Part shown: in pieces, positions 18,316 to 28,476 of the stretch | Layout of the letters: every line of letters begins with the position of its first letter | How positions within the stretch are numbered: the first letter of the stretch is position 1 | Source of the DNA: Thermodesulfobacteriota bacterium | GTDB taxonomy: Bacteria > Desulfobacterota > Desulfobulbia > Desulfobulbales > SURF-16 | Direction: 5' to 3' | DNA: 64,000 nucleotides | Assembly: GCA_039715015.1 (NCBI GenBank) | Contig: JBDLIE010000001.1 | Coordinates: forward strand, 64,001-128,000 | The notes under the pieces: model-generated | Database searches by the model: none | What the model saw: only the letters and a program-made list of their open reading frames with translations | What the model was told of the DNA's origin: nothing | Position numbers and translations under genes: made by a program

Positions 18316-19797
18316 TTAATGTGCAGCCTCTCCCCTCTCCATTCCGTTTTTGGCGGCAGGCCGCAGGGCTGAAATCAGTACCGCCCCTATCCCAACTCCA
18401 AGAAAACAAAAATAGGATCGATGCAGGGCCTCAATGAAGCTTTGCGCGTGCTGCGGATTATAGTCCTTCATGTCCAGGCCGCCGCTTAGGTGTGAGAAAA
18501 AAAGCGCAAAGGAGAGGCTTGCCAGGGCAATGCCCAGCAGCATGCCCAAGGTGCGGGCGGTGGCCAGCAGGGCAGAGACTGTGCCGATATAGGGCTCGCC
18601 AATATTACGCAGGGCAGAGGCGCTATTTGGCGACAAAAAGAGAGAAAGCCCCACGCCAAAAAAACCTAAGCGTCCGGCAATGGGCCAAGGATTGCTGGTG
18701 ATGGAGAGGGTGGTGAAGGAGTAGAGGCCAAAGGTGCAGATAATCAGGCCCGAGGTGGCAACAATTCTGACATCGGTGAAGTCGGCCAGCCATCCGGCAA
18801 TGGGGGCGGTGATCAGGGCTGTAATAGGAATGGCCAACATAATGAGACCAATCTTTGAGGCAGGGAGGCCGAGAACCCGGTCAAGGTAAAAAGGAGTAAG
18901 AATGAGCACCGAAAAAAGGCAGAGGAAAATCATGGCTGCCGTGGCAACAGCAATGAGGAGAGATTTTTTCCGAAAGATAACAGCTGGAATGATGGCAGCG
19001 GGCTGTTCATGATCTGTGGGCGCTAGATTTGAAAGCATGCCTTCCCGCCGCACGAAGAAGAAGAGGGAGGTGAGGCAAATAGTCAAGCCTCCAGCCAGAA
19101 AAGAGGCTGAAGTTTTTGGGGCTGCAGCATGGCTGAGGACATATGAGCAGGAGATAAGAAGGCAGATCCACCAGAAGGCGCCTTGCCAGTCAAAAGGGTG
19201 GTAGGTGATGTCTTTCTGGTGGGAGCGCAGAAATATTTTTGCCAGCAGGCCCGCCGTTATACAGATGGGTGCCGGGAAAAGAAAGAGGCTGCGCCAGGAT
19301 GAGTATTCAATAAGAAAGCCCCCGAGGACCGGGCCAGTCATCAGTCCTAGAGAGGTGGCAATACCAATGAGGCCCAGGCTGCGGCCAAGTTGGTCTGAGC
19401 CAAAGGCTGTTTTTAGCATAGCTGGGCCATTGGCCATCATCATGGCGGCGCCCAGGGCCTGGACAAAGCGGAAAAGAATCATGAGCGGCAAGGAGCCAGC
19501 CCTTGAGCAGAGAAAAGAACCCAGGGCAAAAATAACCAGGCCGGAAATATAAATATTTTCCCGGCCAAGACGGTGGGAGACGTGGCCCCAGAAGAGCATG
19601 GTGGCAGAGGTGGTAAGGAGATAGATAAGCACCACACCCTCGGTGTGGGCCAGGGGGCTGTGGAACTCTGCCATGATCGAAGGCAGGGCGATGTTGACCA
19701 TGGAAGAGTCCATGGTGGCCAGAAAAACACCAGTTGCCACCAGAAAAAAAACCAGCCATTTAGCATTGTCAGAATTCATAAATAGGCGTGCAACCAC
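18316..19797 (-). CDS. MFS efflux transporter, DHA2 (EmrB/QacA) family
   Basis: MDSSMVNIALPSI, FRFVQALG and GPVLGG..WR; about 14 hydrophobic segments. Confidence 0.9.
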   Translation of the reverse strand: MVARLFMNSDNAKWLVFFLVATGVFLATMDSSMVNIALPSIMAEFHSPLAHTEGVVLIYLLTTSATMLFWGHVSHRLGRENIYISGLVIFALGSFLCSRAGSLPLMILFRFVQALGAAMMMANGPAMLKTAFGSDQLGRSLGLIGIATSLGLMTGPVLGGFLIEYSSWRSLFLFPAPICITAGLLAKIFLRSHQKDITYHPFDWQGAFWWICLLISCSYVLSHAAAPKTSASFLAGGLTICLTSLFFFVRREGMLSNLAPTDHEQPAAIIPAVIFRKKSLLIAVATAAMIFLCLFSVLILTPFYLDRVLGLPASKIGLIMLAIPITALITAPIAGWLADFTDVRIVATSGLIICTFGLYSFTTLSITSNPWPIAGRLGFFGVGLSLFLSPNSASALRNIGEPYIGTVSALLATARTLGMLLGIALASLSFALFFSHLSGGLDMKDYNPQHAQSFIEALHRSYFCFLGVGIGAVLISALRPAAKNGMERGEAAH

Positions 19798-19950
19798 GGC
19801 AAGCGATTTCTGGTCCTGGAGCCTTCAGGTGCGGAAGTAAAATTTTTTAAGAGCATTCGGGGAATATTTTCGGTAGATTTCTCCTCATTAGATTACTGTG
19901 AAAGATCAGAAGCGTCTTTATAAAAATACAACGTAATAAGGATTTGTAAG

Positions 19951-20463
19951 ATGAAAGGATTTTCCTGGATGAGCAAAAATGCCCCCGTAGCTTTTTTGCT
20001 CTTAGTTTTGATGGCGTTTCATGGCGGAGTTGCCATGGCTGGTGCTAAAATGCCCCATTTTAGCCTGGAAGATGCAGCCACCGGTAAAGCGGTTGATAGC
20101 AGCACCTATGCTGGCAAGGCAAAGCTGGTGGTTTTCTTCGCCACGTGGTGTATGCCCTGCATGCAGGAAGTGCCGGCTTTGGTGGATCTCCAGAAAGAGT
20201 ATGGAGAGGACGGCTTCACCGTCATTGCTATCTCAGTGGACAAGCGTCTTGATAACGTTCAGAGCTTCATTAAAAAACAGCAGATCAATTATCCGGTGTT
20301 GATCTATGATGAACAGGTGATTTCTAATTTTGGCGGCATCCCCGGTCTGCCGACCACCTTTATGGTGGATAAAAAGGACAACGTGCTTAAAAAATATCCC
20401 GGTCTGGTACCCCACGCCCTCCTGGAGCGGGAGGTAAAACGTATGTTGGAAATTAAGGATTGA
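19951..20463 (+). CDS. TlpA/ResA-family thiol:disulfide oxidoreductase
   Basis: Signal/anchor sequence, FFATWCMPC and GLPTTF. Confidence 0.9.
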   Translation: MKGFSWMSKNAPVAFLLLVLMAFHGGVAMAGAKMPHFSLEDAATGKAVDSSTYAGKAKLVVFFATWCMPCMQEVPALVDLQKEYGEDGFTVIAISVDKRLDNVQSFIKKQQINYPVLIYDEQVISNFGGIPGLPTTFMVDKKDNVLKKYPGLVPHALLEREVKRMLEIKD

Positions 20464-20614
20464 GAAGTGCTGCCTTCTGCTGAATAACTACTCATTTTCC
20501 CCCTTGACAACCATGGGAGGATTAAGTACTCAACTATCATCATTATGATTATGGGGGTATTTAAGAGCTCGAAACAATTTGAGTTTTTTAATAATACATC
20601 TAAAGGAGATGAAC

Positions 20615-20818
20615 ATGAAAAAAGTATTAGCATTCGCAATGGCCATGGCTTTCACCGTAAGCGCTGCATCTGTAAGCATGGCAGCCAGTGTAAAATGTAC
20701 CGTTAAAGCTGTTGATGGCAACACTGTAACCATGGATTGTAAAAAAGCCAGCAAGCTTAAGGCCGGTGATGCCGTAAGCGTGAAAGCAAAGAAAGCCAAA
20801 GCTATCGAGGGTTGTTAA
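20615..20818 (+). CDS. Small exported Cys-containing protein, ExtJ-like
   Basis: AGGAG RBS, signal peptide, CTVKAVDG..MDC and C-terminal IEGC. Confidence 0.65.
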   Translation: MKKVLAFAMAMAFTVSAASVSMAASVKCTVKAVDGNTVTMDCKKASKLKAGDAVSVKAKKAKAIEGC

Positions 20819-20852
20819 GACCTTTCTCGATTACCTTTGAGTTTGATTTACT

Positions 20853-20889
20853 AACCGCCTGTCCCAGATTGGGGCAGGCGGTTTTTTTT
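20853..20889 (+). terminator. Rho-independent terminator
   Basis: AACCGCCTGTCCCA / TGGGGCAGGCGGTT stem followed by a T run. Confidence 0.85.
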
Positions 20890-20975
20890 ATGCCTTTATG
20901 TTATTGTTGAGTGCTGCCTTGCCGGGGGCGGCTCTGGGAGGGTAGGGGCGTTTGCCAATGTTGTTATTTTTAGAG

Positions 20976-21036
20976 TTTAGCCACGGAATCCACAGAAAAT
21001 ACTGAAAAAAGCCCCTGTTGTTTTTCCGTGGCCTAA
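20976..21036. repeat. Intergenic inverted-repeat element
   Basis: TTTAGCCACGGAA ... TTCCGTGGCCTAAA. Confidence 0.5.
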
Positions 21037-21163
21037 AAAGAAGAGCTGCTGCTTTCTGTCCCTATCTGCCCAGCCGTAAATAGATAACCTGCCGAGTTGA
21101 CAGAAAAAATGATGTTAGCTACTCTCTGTTGAGAGATTTTTCTTTGGCCAATAACGAGATGAG

Positions 21164-22474
21164 ATGCCTGTGAAACAGAAACCGTCGGCAATAAATAGTA
21201 TCTGGTTGGCAATGGTGGTTCTTGCCACGGTGACCGCTGCCTATACCGGCAGAATGGACGAGGTGACAAAGGCCTCCTTTGATTCGGCTAAGGCCGGAGT
21301 AATGTTGGCCATCGGCCTCATTGGCCCCATGGCCCTCTGGCTCGGCATTATGAAGGTGGTTGAGGCCGGTGGTCTGATGAGGAGCATTGCCCGGGCTGTG
21401 CGCCCCCTAATGATCCGTCTTTTCCCGGATGTGCCGGCTGAGCACCCTGCCATGTCGGCCATGATCATGAATATGGCTGCCAACGCCTTGGGGCTGGGCA
21501 ATGCCGCCACGCCCATGGGCATCAAGGCCATGCAAGAGCTGGAAAAGCTGGCCCCGGAAAAGGGGACGGCCACCAATGCCATGTGCCTCTTTCTGGCTAT
21601 TAACACCTCTTCCGTGACTCTTTTGCCCTTGGGCGTCATCACGGTGCGAGCAGCGGCGGGTGCGACTAGTCCGGCAGCCATTTTGGTGCCCTCTCTGATA
21701 GCCACCATCTGTTCCACCTGTGTGGCCATTATCATGGCTAAAACTCTGGCCGCCAGAGAACAAGCGCCCTCAGTTATGAAACAAGGGGGGGCCTTGGCCG
21801 CTGATCAGGAGTTGCTCTCTCCGGAAAACAAAGAGGAGCTTTTTCCCCCAGGCCCCCTTGGCAAGGGGCTTGTTTGGTTGATGGTCGCTGCCTTTGTTGG
21901 CGGTATGGCCTATCAGACCATTCAGAATTCTCCTGCTTCCTTGTTTAATTCTAACAGTCTCAACGCCCTTTCTGCCTGGCTTGTCCCCATTCTCATTGCC
22001 GGACTGCTTATTTATGGCTACCTGCGGGGGGTCAAGGTCTATGAGACTTTAACAGAGGGGGCCAAGGAAGGCTTTAATACAGCGGTGCGCATTATCCCCT
22101 TCATGGTAGCGATCTTTGTCGCCATTGGCATGTTCCGGGCCAGCGGCGCCATGGATATCCTGATCAGGATCTGTACGCCCCTTACCTCGCTCATCAATAT
22201 GCCGGCGGAGTCTTTGGCCATGGCCTTTATGCGGCCCCTTTCCGGCAGCGGCGCCTTTGGCATCATGGGCGAAATTGTCAGCCAGGATCCGGACTCCTTT
22301 TTGTCCTTTCTGGTCTCCACCATGCAGGGCTCTACTGAAACCACCTTTTATGTTCTGGCCGTCTATTTCGGCAGCATTGGCATCAAGCGCACCCGTCATG
22401 CCCTGCCTGCCGCCCTCTGTGCCGACGCAGCAGGCGTGCTTGCCGCCGTGGCTGTCTGTAATCTTTGGTTTTGA
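21164..22474 (+). CDS. SpmA-SpmB fusion (nucleoside-recognition/Gate domain) membrane protein
   Basis: NALGLGNAATPMGIKAM, AINTSS, RPLSGSG and GSTETTFYVLAVYFGS. Confidence 0.92.
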   Translation: MPVKQKPSAINSIWLAMVVLATVTAAYTGRMDEVTKASFDSAKAGVMLAIGLIGPMALWLGIMKVVEAGGLMRSIARAVRPLMIRLFPDVPAEHPAMSAMIMNMAANALGLGNAATPMGIKAMQELEKLAPEKGTATNAMCLFLAINTSSVTLLPLGVITVRAAAGATSPAAILVPSLIATICSTCVAIIMAKTLAAREQAPSVMKQGGALAADQELLSPENKEELFPPGPLGKGLVWLMVAAFVGGMAYQTIQNSPASLFNSNSLNALSAWLVPILIAGLLIYGYLRGVKVYETLTEGAKEGFNTAVRIIPFMVAIFVAIGMFRASGAMDILIRICTPLTSLINMPAESLAMAFMRPLSGSGAFGIMGEIVSQDPDSFLSFLVSTMQGSTETTFYVLAVYFGSIGIKRTRHALPAALCADAAGVLAAVAVCNLWF

Positions 22475-22480
22475 TGAAGC

Positions 22481-22574
22481 AGAAATAAGGATTTGAGAAT
22501 TCAGGATTTGAGAAGGAGGGAGGGCCTGCGGCCCGTCTTTATTAATTTCTCAAATTCTCAACTACTTATTTCTC
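22481..22574. repeat. Palindromic intergenic element, copy 1
   Basis: AGAAATAAGGATTTGAGAAT.. / ..TTCTCAAATTCTCAA..CTTATTTCT, between convergent genes. Confidence 0.65.
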
Positions 22575-22584
22575 ATCTTCTTAT

Positions 22585-23511
22585 CTACAACTCTATCTCC
22601 ATCCCTTCCCTGGCAAAAAAGATACGAAGCTCATCATCTGAACCTTCCTGGCAATAGATTTTTGCCAAGTCGTCATACTGGTCATCATTGCGCATGGGTT
22701 CGTGGTGGAAAAGGGCCATGGCTTTCACCTCGGCCTTTTTGGCCTGGGTAATGGCAAATTCGATGGAAGTGTGTCCCCAGCCCTGTTTGTCAGTCTCATA
22801 TTCTTGCTGGGTGTACTGGCTGTCTTGGATCAGAAGATCGGCCCCGGCAATGAATTGTTCAATGGCCTGGTTCTGTTCGGCAGCCACAAGCTCTCCCTCA
22901 GCCGCCATCATTTCATCATAGGAAGGATCATGGGGATCAGTAACAAAAACATTGGTGAAAGGTTCGGTGTCATAGGCCGTGCAAAATACCTTGTCGCGAT
23001 ATTCGAAACGATAGCCAAGGCAAAGGATGGGGTGGTTGAGATATTTGGTGGTGAGTTTGATGCCGTCCCCTAGGTCGAAACTCTCCTCCTTGAGCGGCGA
23101 ATAGGTAATCTCTGCCCCTAACTCAACCTCTCTGACAGGAAAATAACGGTAGGTGAGCTGGCCCCCCACAATTTTTTCCAGGGTGTCCTGCTCGTAGGAA
23201 ACCGGGCCGCATACCTTGAGTTTGGTGCCGCGAATATAGAGTGGTGCAAAAAAAGGAAAGCCCATGATATGGTCCCAGTGGGTGTGGGTGAGGTAGATTT
23301 CGGTGTCAATAGGACCATTGCCCAGGTCATGCTCCAGCATATGATTGCCAAGTTCCCGCAAGCCAGAGCCGGCATCAACGATGATCAGGCGATTAAGTTC
23401 GGGAAAACGGACCTCAATGCAGGCGGTGTTGCCGCCATACTTAATGGTGTGGGGACCAGGGCAGGGGATGGAGCCACGGACGCCCCAGAATTTTATTTTC
23501 ATGATGCTCAC
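22585..23511 (-). CDS. MBL-fold metallo-hydrolase (phosphodiesterase-like)
   Basis: FWGVRGSIPCPG, YGGNTAC, THTHWDH, WGHT and FHHEP. Confidence 0.9.
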   Translation of the reverse strand: MSIMKIKFWGVRGSIPCPGPHTIKYGGNTACIEVRFPELNRLIIVDAGSGLRELGNHMLEHDLGNGPIDTEIYLTHTHWDHIMGFPFFAPLYIRGTKLKVCGPVSYEQDTLEKIVGGQLTYRYFPVREVELGAEITYSPLKEESFDLGDGIKLTTKYLNHPILCLGYRFEYRDKVFCTAYDTEPFTNVFVTDPHDPSYDEMMAAEGELVAAEQNQAIEQFIAGADLLIQDSQYTQQEYETDKQGWGHTSIEFAITQAKKAEVKAMALFHHEPMRNDDQYDDLAKIYCQEGSDDELRIFFAREGMEIEL

Positions 23512-23568
23512 GCCTCACCTTTTGAATTGCCGGTGACACCGGCTCGATGGCTGTTCTCCAAAAAGGGC

Positions 23569-24453
23569 TTACCGGGCAACCTGGAGGAAGATCTGCGCCT
23601 TTTCAACCTCCATTTCCACTGTAGAATGGAGGGCTGATATCTCATGCCAGTCCATACCGCTGTCGTGGATAATCTGTTGAGCAAGGGCTGGCTCCTGGTA
23701 GTGATCTCCAGCAGAGCCGATCTCAAAAATATTGGCGTAGAGGTTGGCCAGGGCCACAGTTTTAACCAAGTTCCTGTTCTCATCCGTTGCCTTCTGGGGG
23801 GCATGGTGGTGCCAGAGAGTTTCAATCATATTATTGTTGAGCTGCCATTTGCGGGCAATGATTCGTCCTGCTGTGCGGTGGTCGAAACCGAAGATCATGG
23901 ATTCGGCCCGCACCAGGGAGCAGCGTTGTAGGTCGCATAATTCCAGAACCTTGCGGTAATCAGCAGGGAAGCAGTTACTCAAAGGAATTTTACCCAGGTC
24001 GTGGAGAAGACCGGCCACAAAGAATTCTTCGCGCTGGGCAAGGGGAACGCTGGCCTGGGTGGCAATGGCCTTGGCGGTAACTCCAACACTGATGGAGTGG
24101 GCCAGATAGTCATCCATGGAAAGACAGTCCATGCCTTCTTTGCCAACGCTGCCTAAAATTGCCGTGGACAGGGCCAGATTTTTAACGGTGTTAATGCCCA
24201 GCATGATGATTGCCCTGGTCAGGGAGGTAATCTGGTTGGGCAGGGAGTAATAGGCGGAGTTGATCAGCTTCAGGACTTGGCCGGTGAGGACAGGGTCAAG
24301 TGAAATGACACGGTTCAGGTCGTTTGGCGAGGTGGTGGGCTGATTGCAGACCTCCAGCACCTTGGTGACCGTGGTGGATAGGCTGGGCATCCGGTCAATA
24401 TATTCGCGGATTTTGTCCAGATGTTGTTGGGTAATCGGGTCTATGTCAGGCAT
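23569..24453 (-). CDS. HDOD domain protein
   Basis: DPVLTGQVLKLINSAYY, AGLLHDLGK and HH. Confidence 0.92.
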   Translation of the reverse strand: MPDIDPITQQHLDKIREYIDRMPSLSTTVTKVLEVCNQPTTSPNDLNRVISLDPVLTGQVLKLINSAYYSLPNQITSLTRAIIMLGINTVKNLALSTAILGSVGKEGMDCLSMDDYLAHSISVGVTAKAIATQASVPLAQREEFFVAGLLHDLGKIPLSNCFPADYRKVLELCDLQRCSLVRAESMIFGFDHRTAGRIIARKWQLNNNMIETLWHHHAPQKATDENRNLVKTVALANLYANIFEIGSAGDHYQEPALAQQIIHDSGMDWHEISALHSTVEMEVEKAQIFLQVAR

Positions 24454-24623
24454 GGATTGTTTTTATATTCGTAGCAAATTCGTTTTATTCTAATATGCTT
24501 GTGAAAGAGCGGTCAAGGAAAGGAAGAACAAGGAGGAGCAATAAAAAGGCTTTGCCTTGCCACCTCTTTACGGTAAAGAAACCCTGAAACTCTTTCCCAC
24601 CAAAATAAATTGAAGAAAAGATA

Positions 24624-26270
24624 ATGGCTGATAAAAAATATGGCATAGGAATCGACACCGGAGGAACTTTCACCGATGGCGTTTTAATCGATCTTGCCGA
24701 TAATTCCGTCCTGGCAACAGCAAAGAGTCCCACCACCCATTTTGAATTAAGCCAAGGCATCTCCATATGTCTGCGTGATATTCTGGTTGCCAGCAAGGTT
24801 AAGCCGCAGGATGTTGATCTTGTAGCGGTTTCCACCACTCTGGCCACCAATGCCGTTGTGGAGAACAAGGGCGATAACGTTGGCCTCATAGTTGCTGGTT
24901 TTGCCAAGCATTTCAGCCTGCCGGTGGTCTCCACCCTCTATGTTGACGGTGGCCATAATCTCCAGGGCGAGGAGGAAACCCCCCTTGACATGGAGGCGGT
25001 TATTCAGGCGGTCAGTGACCTGAAGGATCATGTCGACGCCTATGTGGTGTGCGCGGCCATGAGTATCAAGAACCCGGCCCATGAGCAGGTGATGGCCAAG
25101 GCCGTGAGTATGATTGATCCCCAGCCTGTTTTTATGTCCCATCAGGTCTCCCAGCGTCCAGGCGTCAAGGAAAGGGCGGCCACGGCGGTGTTAAATGCCC
25201 GCCTGCGCCCGGTGATGGAGGATTTTCTTATGGGCATGCAGGATTCCCTGGTGGCTTTGACCCTGGCCCATAATGTTATGATCATCCGCGGCGACGCCAC
25301 CCCCATGAATATTGTAGATACGCCACGTCAGGCCGCTTCCACCGTGGCCTCGGGGCCGGCGGCCACGGCATGGTATGGCCTGAGCTTTGCCCCGGATGAT
25401 GACGCGGTGATTGTTGACGTGGGTGGTACTACCACAGATATCACCATGGTTCGCGGCAGAAAACCAAGCATCACCGAGGATGGGAGTCTTATTGGCGAGT
25501 GGCAAACCCATGTTGACTCAGTGAAGATGTCCACTGTGGGGGCAGGCGGCGACAGCCATGCCGCCCTGGATGCCCGGGGTGAGTTAACCGTGGGGCCGGA
25601 TCGTGTATTGCCTCTGGCCATGGCAACAGATATTGCTTCTCCCAAAGAGTGGCTCGGCAAAGGGCTCAAATCCCGTCTTGTTGCTGTTTCTCCGGATCTC
25701 ACCGAAGAAGAGGCCAGTCATGATCTGGTGTTGGAGCATCTTTACAGGCATGGCCCAGCCACCCCCGGCATGTTGACCAGCCATTTCAAAATGGCTGAGA
25801 TTACCCTGGTCAGTCACCTGCGGGACCTGGTCAAGATGCAGCTTGCCTTTGAAACGGGTTTCACCCCCACCGATGCCCTCCATATCTTGGGTGAGCTTGA
25901 CCTTGGCAACAGGGACATGGCAAGGCAGGGGGCCGAAATCCTGGCGGATGAGTGCGGTATGGGCGTTGACGAGTTTGCCAGAGAGGTCCTTGCCCGCCTT
26001 GGTGAAAAGATTGAGGTCGCTATTCTTGATCATATCCTCGCTGAAGAGACAGGAAAGACCTTGTCCGGCTTCTATCCCAGTTACCTGAAGAGCCCGGTGC
26101 TTGATCTCCGTTTTCAGGTCAAGCTGAGCCTTGTTGGCATTGGCGCCGCTGCCCGCTTTATTCTGCCCCAGGTTGCCGAGCGTCTCGGCACAAAGGTGGT
26201 TTTCCCGGATCATTTTGAGGTGGGCAACGCCTTGGGCGCCATTCTCATGGCCAGTGACAGCAGGGCGTAA
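24624..26270 (+). CDS. Hydantoinase/oxoprolinase family protein
   Basis: GIDTGGTFTD, STTLATNA, SGPAA, DVGGTTTD, GAGGDS and TPTDA. Confidence 0.9.
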   Translation: MADKKYGIGIDTGGTFTDGVLIDLADNSVLATAKSPTTHFELSQGISICLRDILVASKVKPQDVDLVAVSTTLATNAVVENKGDNVGLIVAGFAKHFSLPVVSTLYVDGGHNLQGEEETPLDMEAVIQAVSDLKDHVDAYVVCAAMSIKNPAHEQVMAKAVSMIDPQPVFMSHQVSQRPGVKERAATAVLNARLRPVMEDFLMGMQDSLVALTLAHNVMIIRGDATPMNIVDTPRQAASTVASGPAATAWYGLSFAPDDDAVIVDVGGTTTDITMVRGRKPSITEDGSLIGEWQTHVDSVKMSTVGAGGDSHAALDARGELTVGPDRVLPLAMATDIASPKEWLGKGLKSRLVAVSPDLTEEEASHDLVLEHLYRHGPATPGMLTSHFKMAEITLVSHLRDLVKMQLAFETGFTPTDALHILGELDLGNRDMARQGAEILADECGMGVDEFAREVLARLGEKIEVAILDHILAEETGKTLSGFYPSYLKSPVLDLRFQVKLSLVGIGAAARFILPQVAERLGTKVVFPDHFEVGNALGAILMASDSRA

Positions 26271-26273
26271 GAG

Positions 26274-26462
26274 GTGAGACCTGAATCTGAACGTCATGAC
26301 GATTCTGTCCCCGCCTTGGCAGAGTTAAAGCTCAAAATTCATCCAGACCTCTATCGGGCCTTTCAGAGATGCACCTGGATTCTTGTCCATGAGACTGGTC
26401 GTACTCAGATTGATGTCATGGATGAAATGGTTGAAGATTTTCTGCGCAAGCACGGTTGTTAA
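26274..26462 (+). CDS. Small hypothetical protein
   Basis: GTG start immediately after the upstream stop; 62 aa. Confidence 0.6.
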   Translation: MRPESERHDDSVPALAELKLKIHPDLYRAFQRCTWILVHETGRTQIDVMDEMVEDFLRKHGC

Positions 26463-26471
26463 AGAAGTAAA

Positions 26472-26562
26472 AAGTTGAGAAATAAGAATTTGAGAAGGTG
26501 GTGTTTTTCTTGATGAAGAGCCCTGTCTCCTCCTTATTTCATAAATTCTTATTCCTCAACTT
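26472..26562. repeat. Palindromic intergenic element, copy 2
   Basis: AAGTTGAGAAATAAGAATTT pairs with AAATTCTTATTCCTCAACTT, 19/20. Confidence 0.75.
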
Positions 26563-26658
26563 CATCACCCCTCCCCTCTCCATTCTCAAAAAAAAATTAT
26601 CAGATTGTCATTCCTGCCGATGGGGAAAGTATCGGGGAATTATTTTTGAGGTGGTGTC

Positions 26659-27725
26659 ATGAAAATAGAAGCAAGTTTTGTCCGGCAGGAATCCCAACAT
26701 CTGTATCGCCAGGAAAGCGTTAAAAAGGAGTCTTTATTCGCCTGGGTTGGCGATGAACGTCCTGATCCTGAAGGTCAGCGGGCCCGTCGTGCTGATGGGC
26801 TAACTATTTCAGCGGCGTCTCGCAAGCTGGCCGGTCAGGGAAAAGGACTTGCCTTGGCCAAGATGAAAGATGCTGAGGGCTGTCAGAAATGTGAAAGTGC
26901 CGAAAGTGGTGATCCTAAATTAGAGGCCATGCGCCTTGTCGTAGAGGCGATTACCGGTCGGAAAATTGTTATCCGGAAGGTTCGGCTGGATGTAGGGGTT
27001 GAGGTCAATGTGGCGGAGGCAGATGCAGCCCAGCAAAACAAAGGAGCTGAAAGGGAAGGCTGGGGCCTTGAGTATGATTATTTCAGGGTTATTCTGAAGA
27101 GGAAAGCCTGAGCTATGCCGCCTCAGGAGTAATCGTCACCGCGGATGGCCAGGAGATTTCTTTTTCTCTCGATATGGCCATGTCCCGCTCTTTTTACGAA
27201 TCCACAGAAATCCATATCCGCGCAGGGGATGCCAGGCTGGTTGATCCCCTGGTGATTAACTTTGCTGGCAAGGCGGCTGAGCTTGCCGATGCCACCTTCA
27301 CCTTTGATCTTGAAGGAGACGGCCAGGAGGAAGAGCTGCATACCCTTGCTGCGGGCAGTGCTTTTTTGGCGCTGGACCGGAATGGCGACGGGGTAATTAA
27401 TGGTGGTAAAGAGCTCTTTGGGCCCCAGTCAGGCCATGGGTTCTCGGAGCTGGCCGCCTACGACGAGGATAAAAACGGCTGGATTGATGAGAATGACGCA
27501 GTTTTTAAAGAGCTTGTGGCCTGGATTAAGGATCAGGATGGCAATGATAAGCTGGCGCCGGTGATGGATCTTGGTATCGGCGCCCTCTATCTTGCTGGTT
27601 TGGAAGGAGAGTTTTCCCTCACCGATGCCAATAACGAAATGATGGGCCAAATTCGCGAGACCTCAGTTTTTGTCAAAGAAGACGGTGGGGTGGGGACCAT
27701 CCAGGAGCTTGATCTTGTCGTCTAG
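26659..27725 (+). pseudogene. Hypothetical protein with DxDGDG (EF-hand/VCBS-like) loops, split by one frameshift
   Basis: GWGLEYDY continues in another frame as FQGYSEEESLSYAASGVIVTADG after ~27083. LDRNGDGVING.ELFGP and YDEDKNGWIDE follow. Confidence 0.75.
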
Positions 27726-27871
27726 CTTGTCACTACCTCTTCTAGAAAAATGATGCCCCAGTCTTCTGCAGGCCGGGGTAGTTTTTTTTGTTCTGCTCTT
27801 TACGGCAACTTTCGCTAGAATTAACTTGGTGATTAGGTCGAGAAACCTGAAAAATATTTGGCGGAGAGGTT

Positions 27872-28438
27872 ATGACGAGACTTGTGACGAATATGCTTGT
27901 GTTGGCAGCCGTGCTTGCCTGTGGTGGAGGCTGCGCCCGGCACGTTATGGTGGATTATGATAAATCCATCAATTTTGCCAGCTACCATCGCTATGCCATT
28001 CAAGCAAAGGCGGCAGAGTCCAGTAAAGATCCTCGCCTAGACAGTCACCTTATCGATAAACGCATCACTTTGGCCCTTGAAAGAGAGCTGGCCGGGAAAG
28101 GATTTGCTCTTAGTCAGGATGGCCATGATTTTCAGGTCAGCTACCAGCTCAACCTCAACCAGGAAATCGCTGCGGATCAAAACGGGGTGAGTATGGTTTT
28201 CGGAACAGGGGGAAGAAGAAGCAGCTTCGGGCTCGGCTATCACTTCCCAAGCGGGGATGTGGAATCGTACGAAAAAGTTTTGCTCACCATCGATATGATG
28301 GCGGCCGAGACAGGCCACCTTGTCTGGCGCGGCACTGGAACCAAGAGGTTTATGAGTGAAGCGAACCCCGGCCAGCTTGATTCCTTTTTTAACGGTCTGG
28401 TCCGCAAGGTGTTACGCTCCTTCCCTCCCACCAAATAA
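27872..28438 (+). CDS. DUF4136-type lipoprotein
   Basis: Lipobox-like Cys, DYD...F..Y, LVWRGTG and C-terminal FPP. Confidence 0.8.
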   Translation: MTRLVTNMLVLAAVLACGGGCARHVMVDYDKSINFASYHRYAIQAKAAESSKDPRLDSHLIDKRITLALERELAGKGFALSQDGHDFQVSYQLNLNQEIAADQNGVSMVFGTGGRRSSFGLGYHFPSGDVESYEKVLLTIDMMAAETGHLVWRGTGTKRFMSEANPGQLDSFFNGLVRKVLRSFPPTK

Positions 28439-28476
28439 ACGAACTCTAAAATCTATAAAATAAATTGCGATCGCTT

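Noticed and set aside
19951..20818. Selenocysteine recoding in the redox proteins
   Set aside because: The Cys motifs use TGT/TGC; there is no in-frame TGA at those sites.
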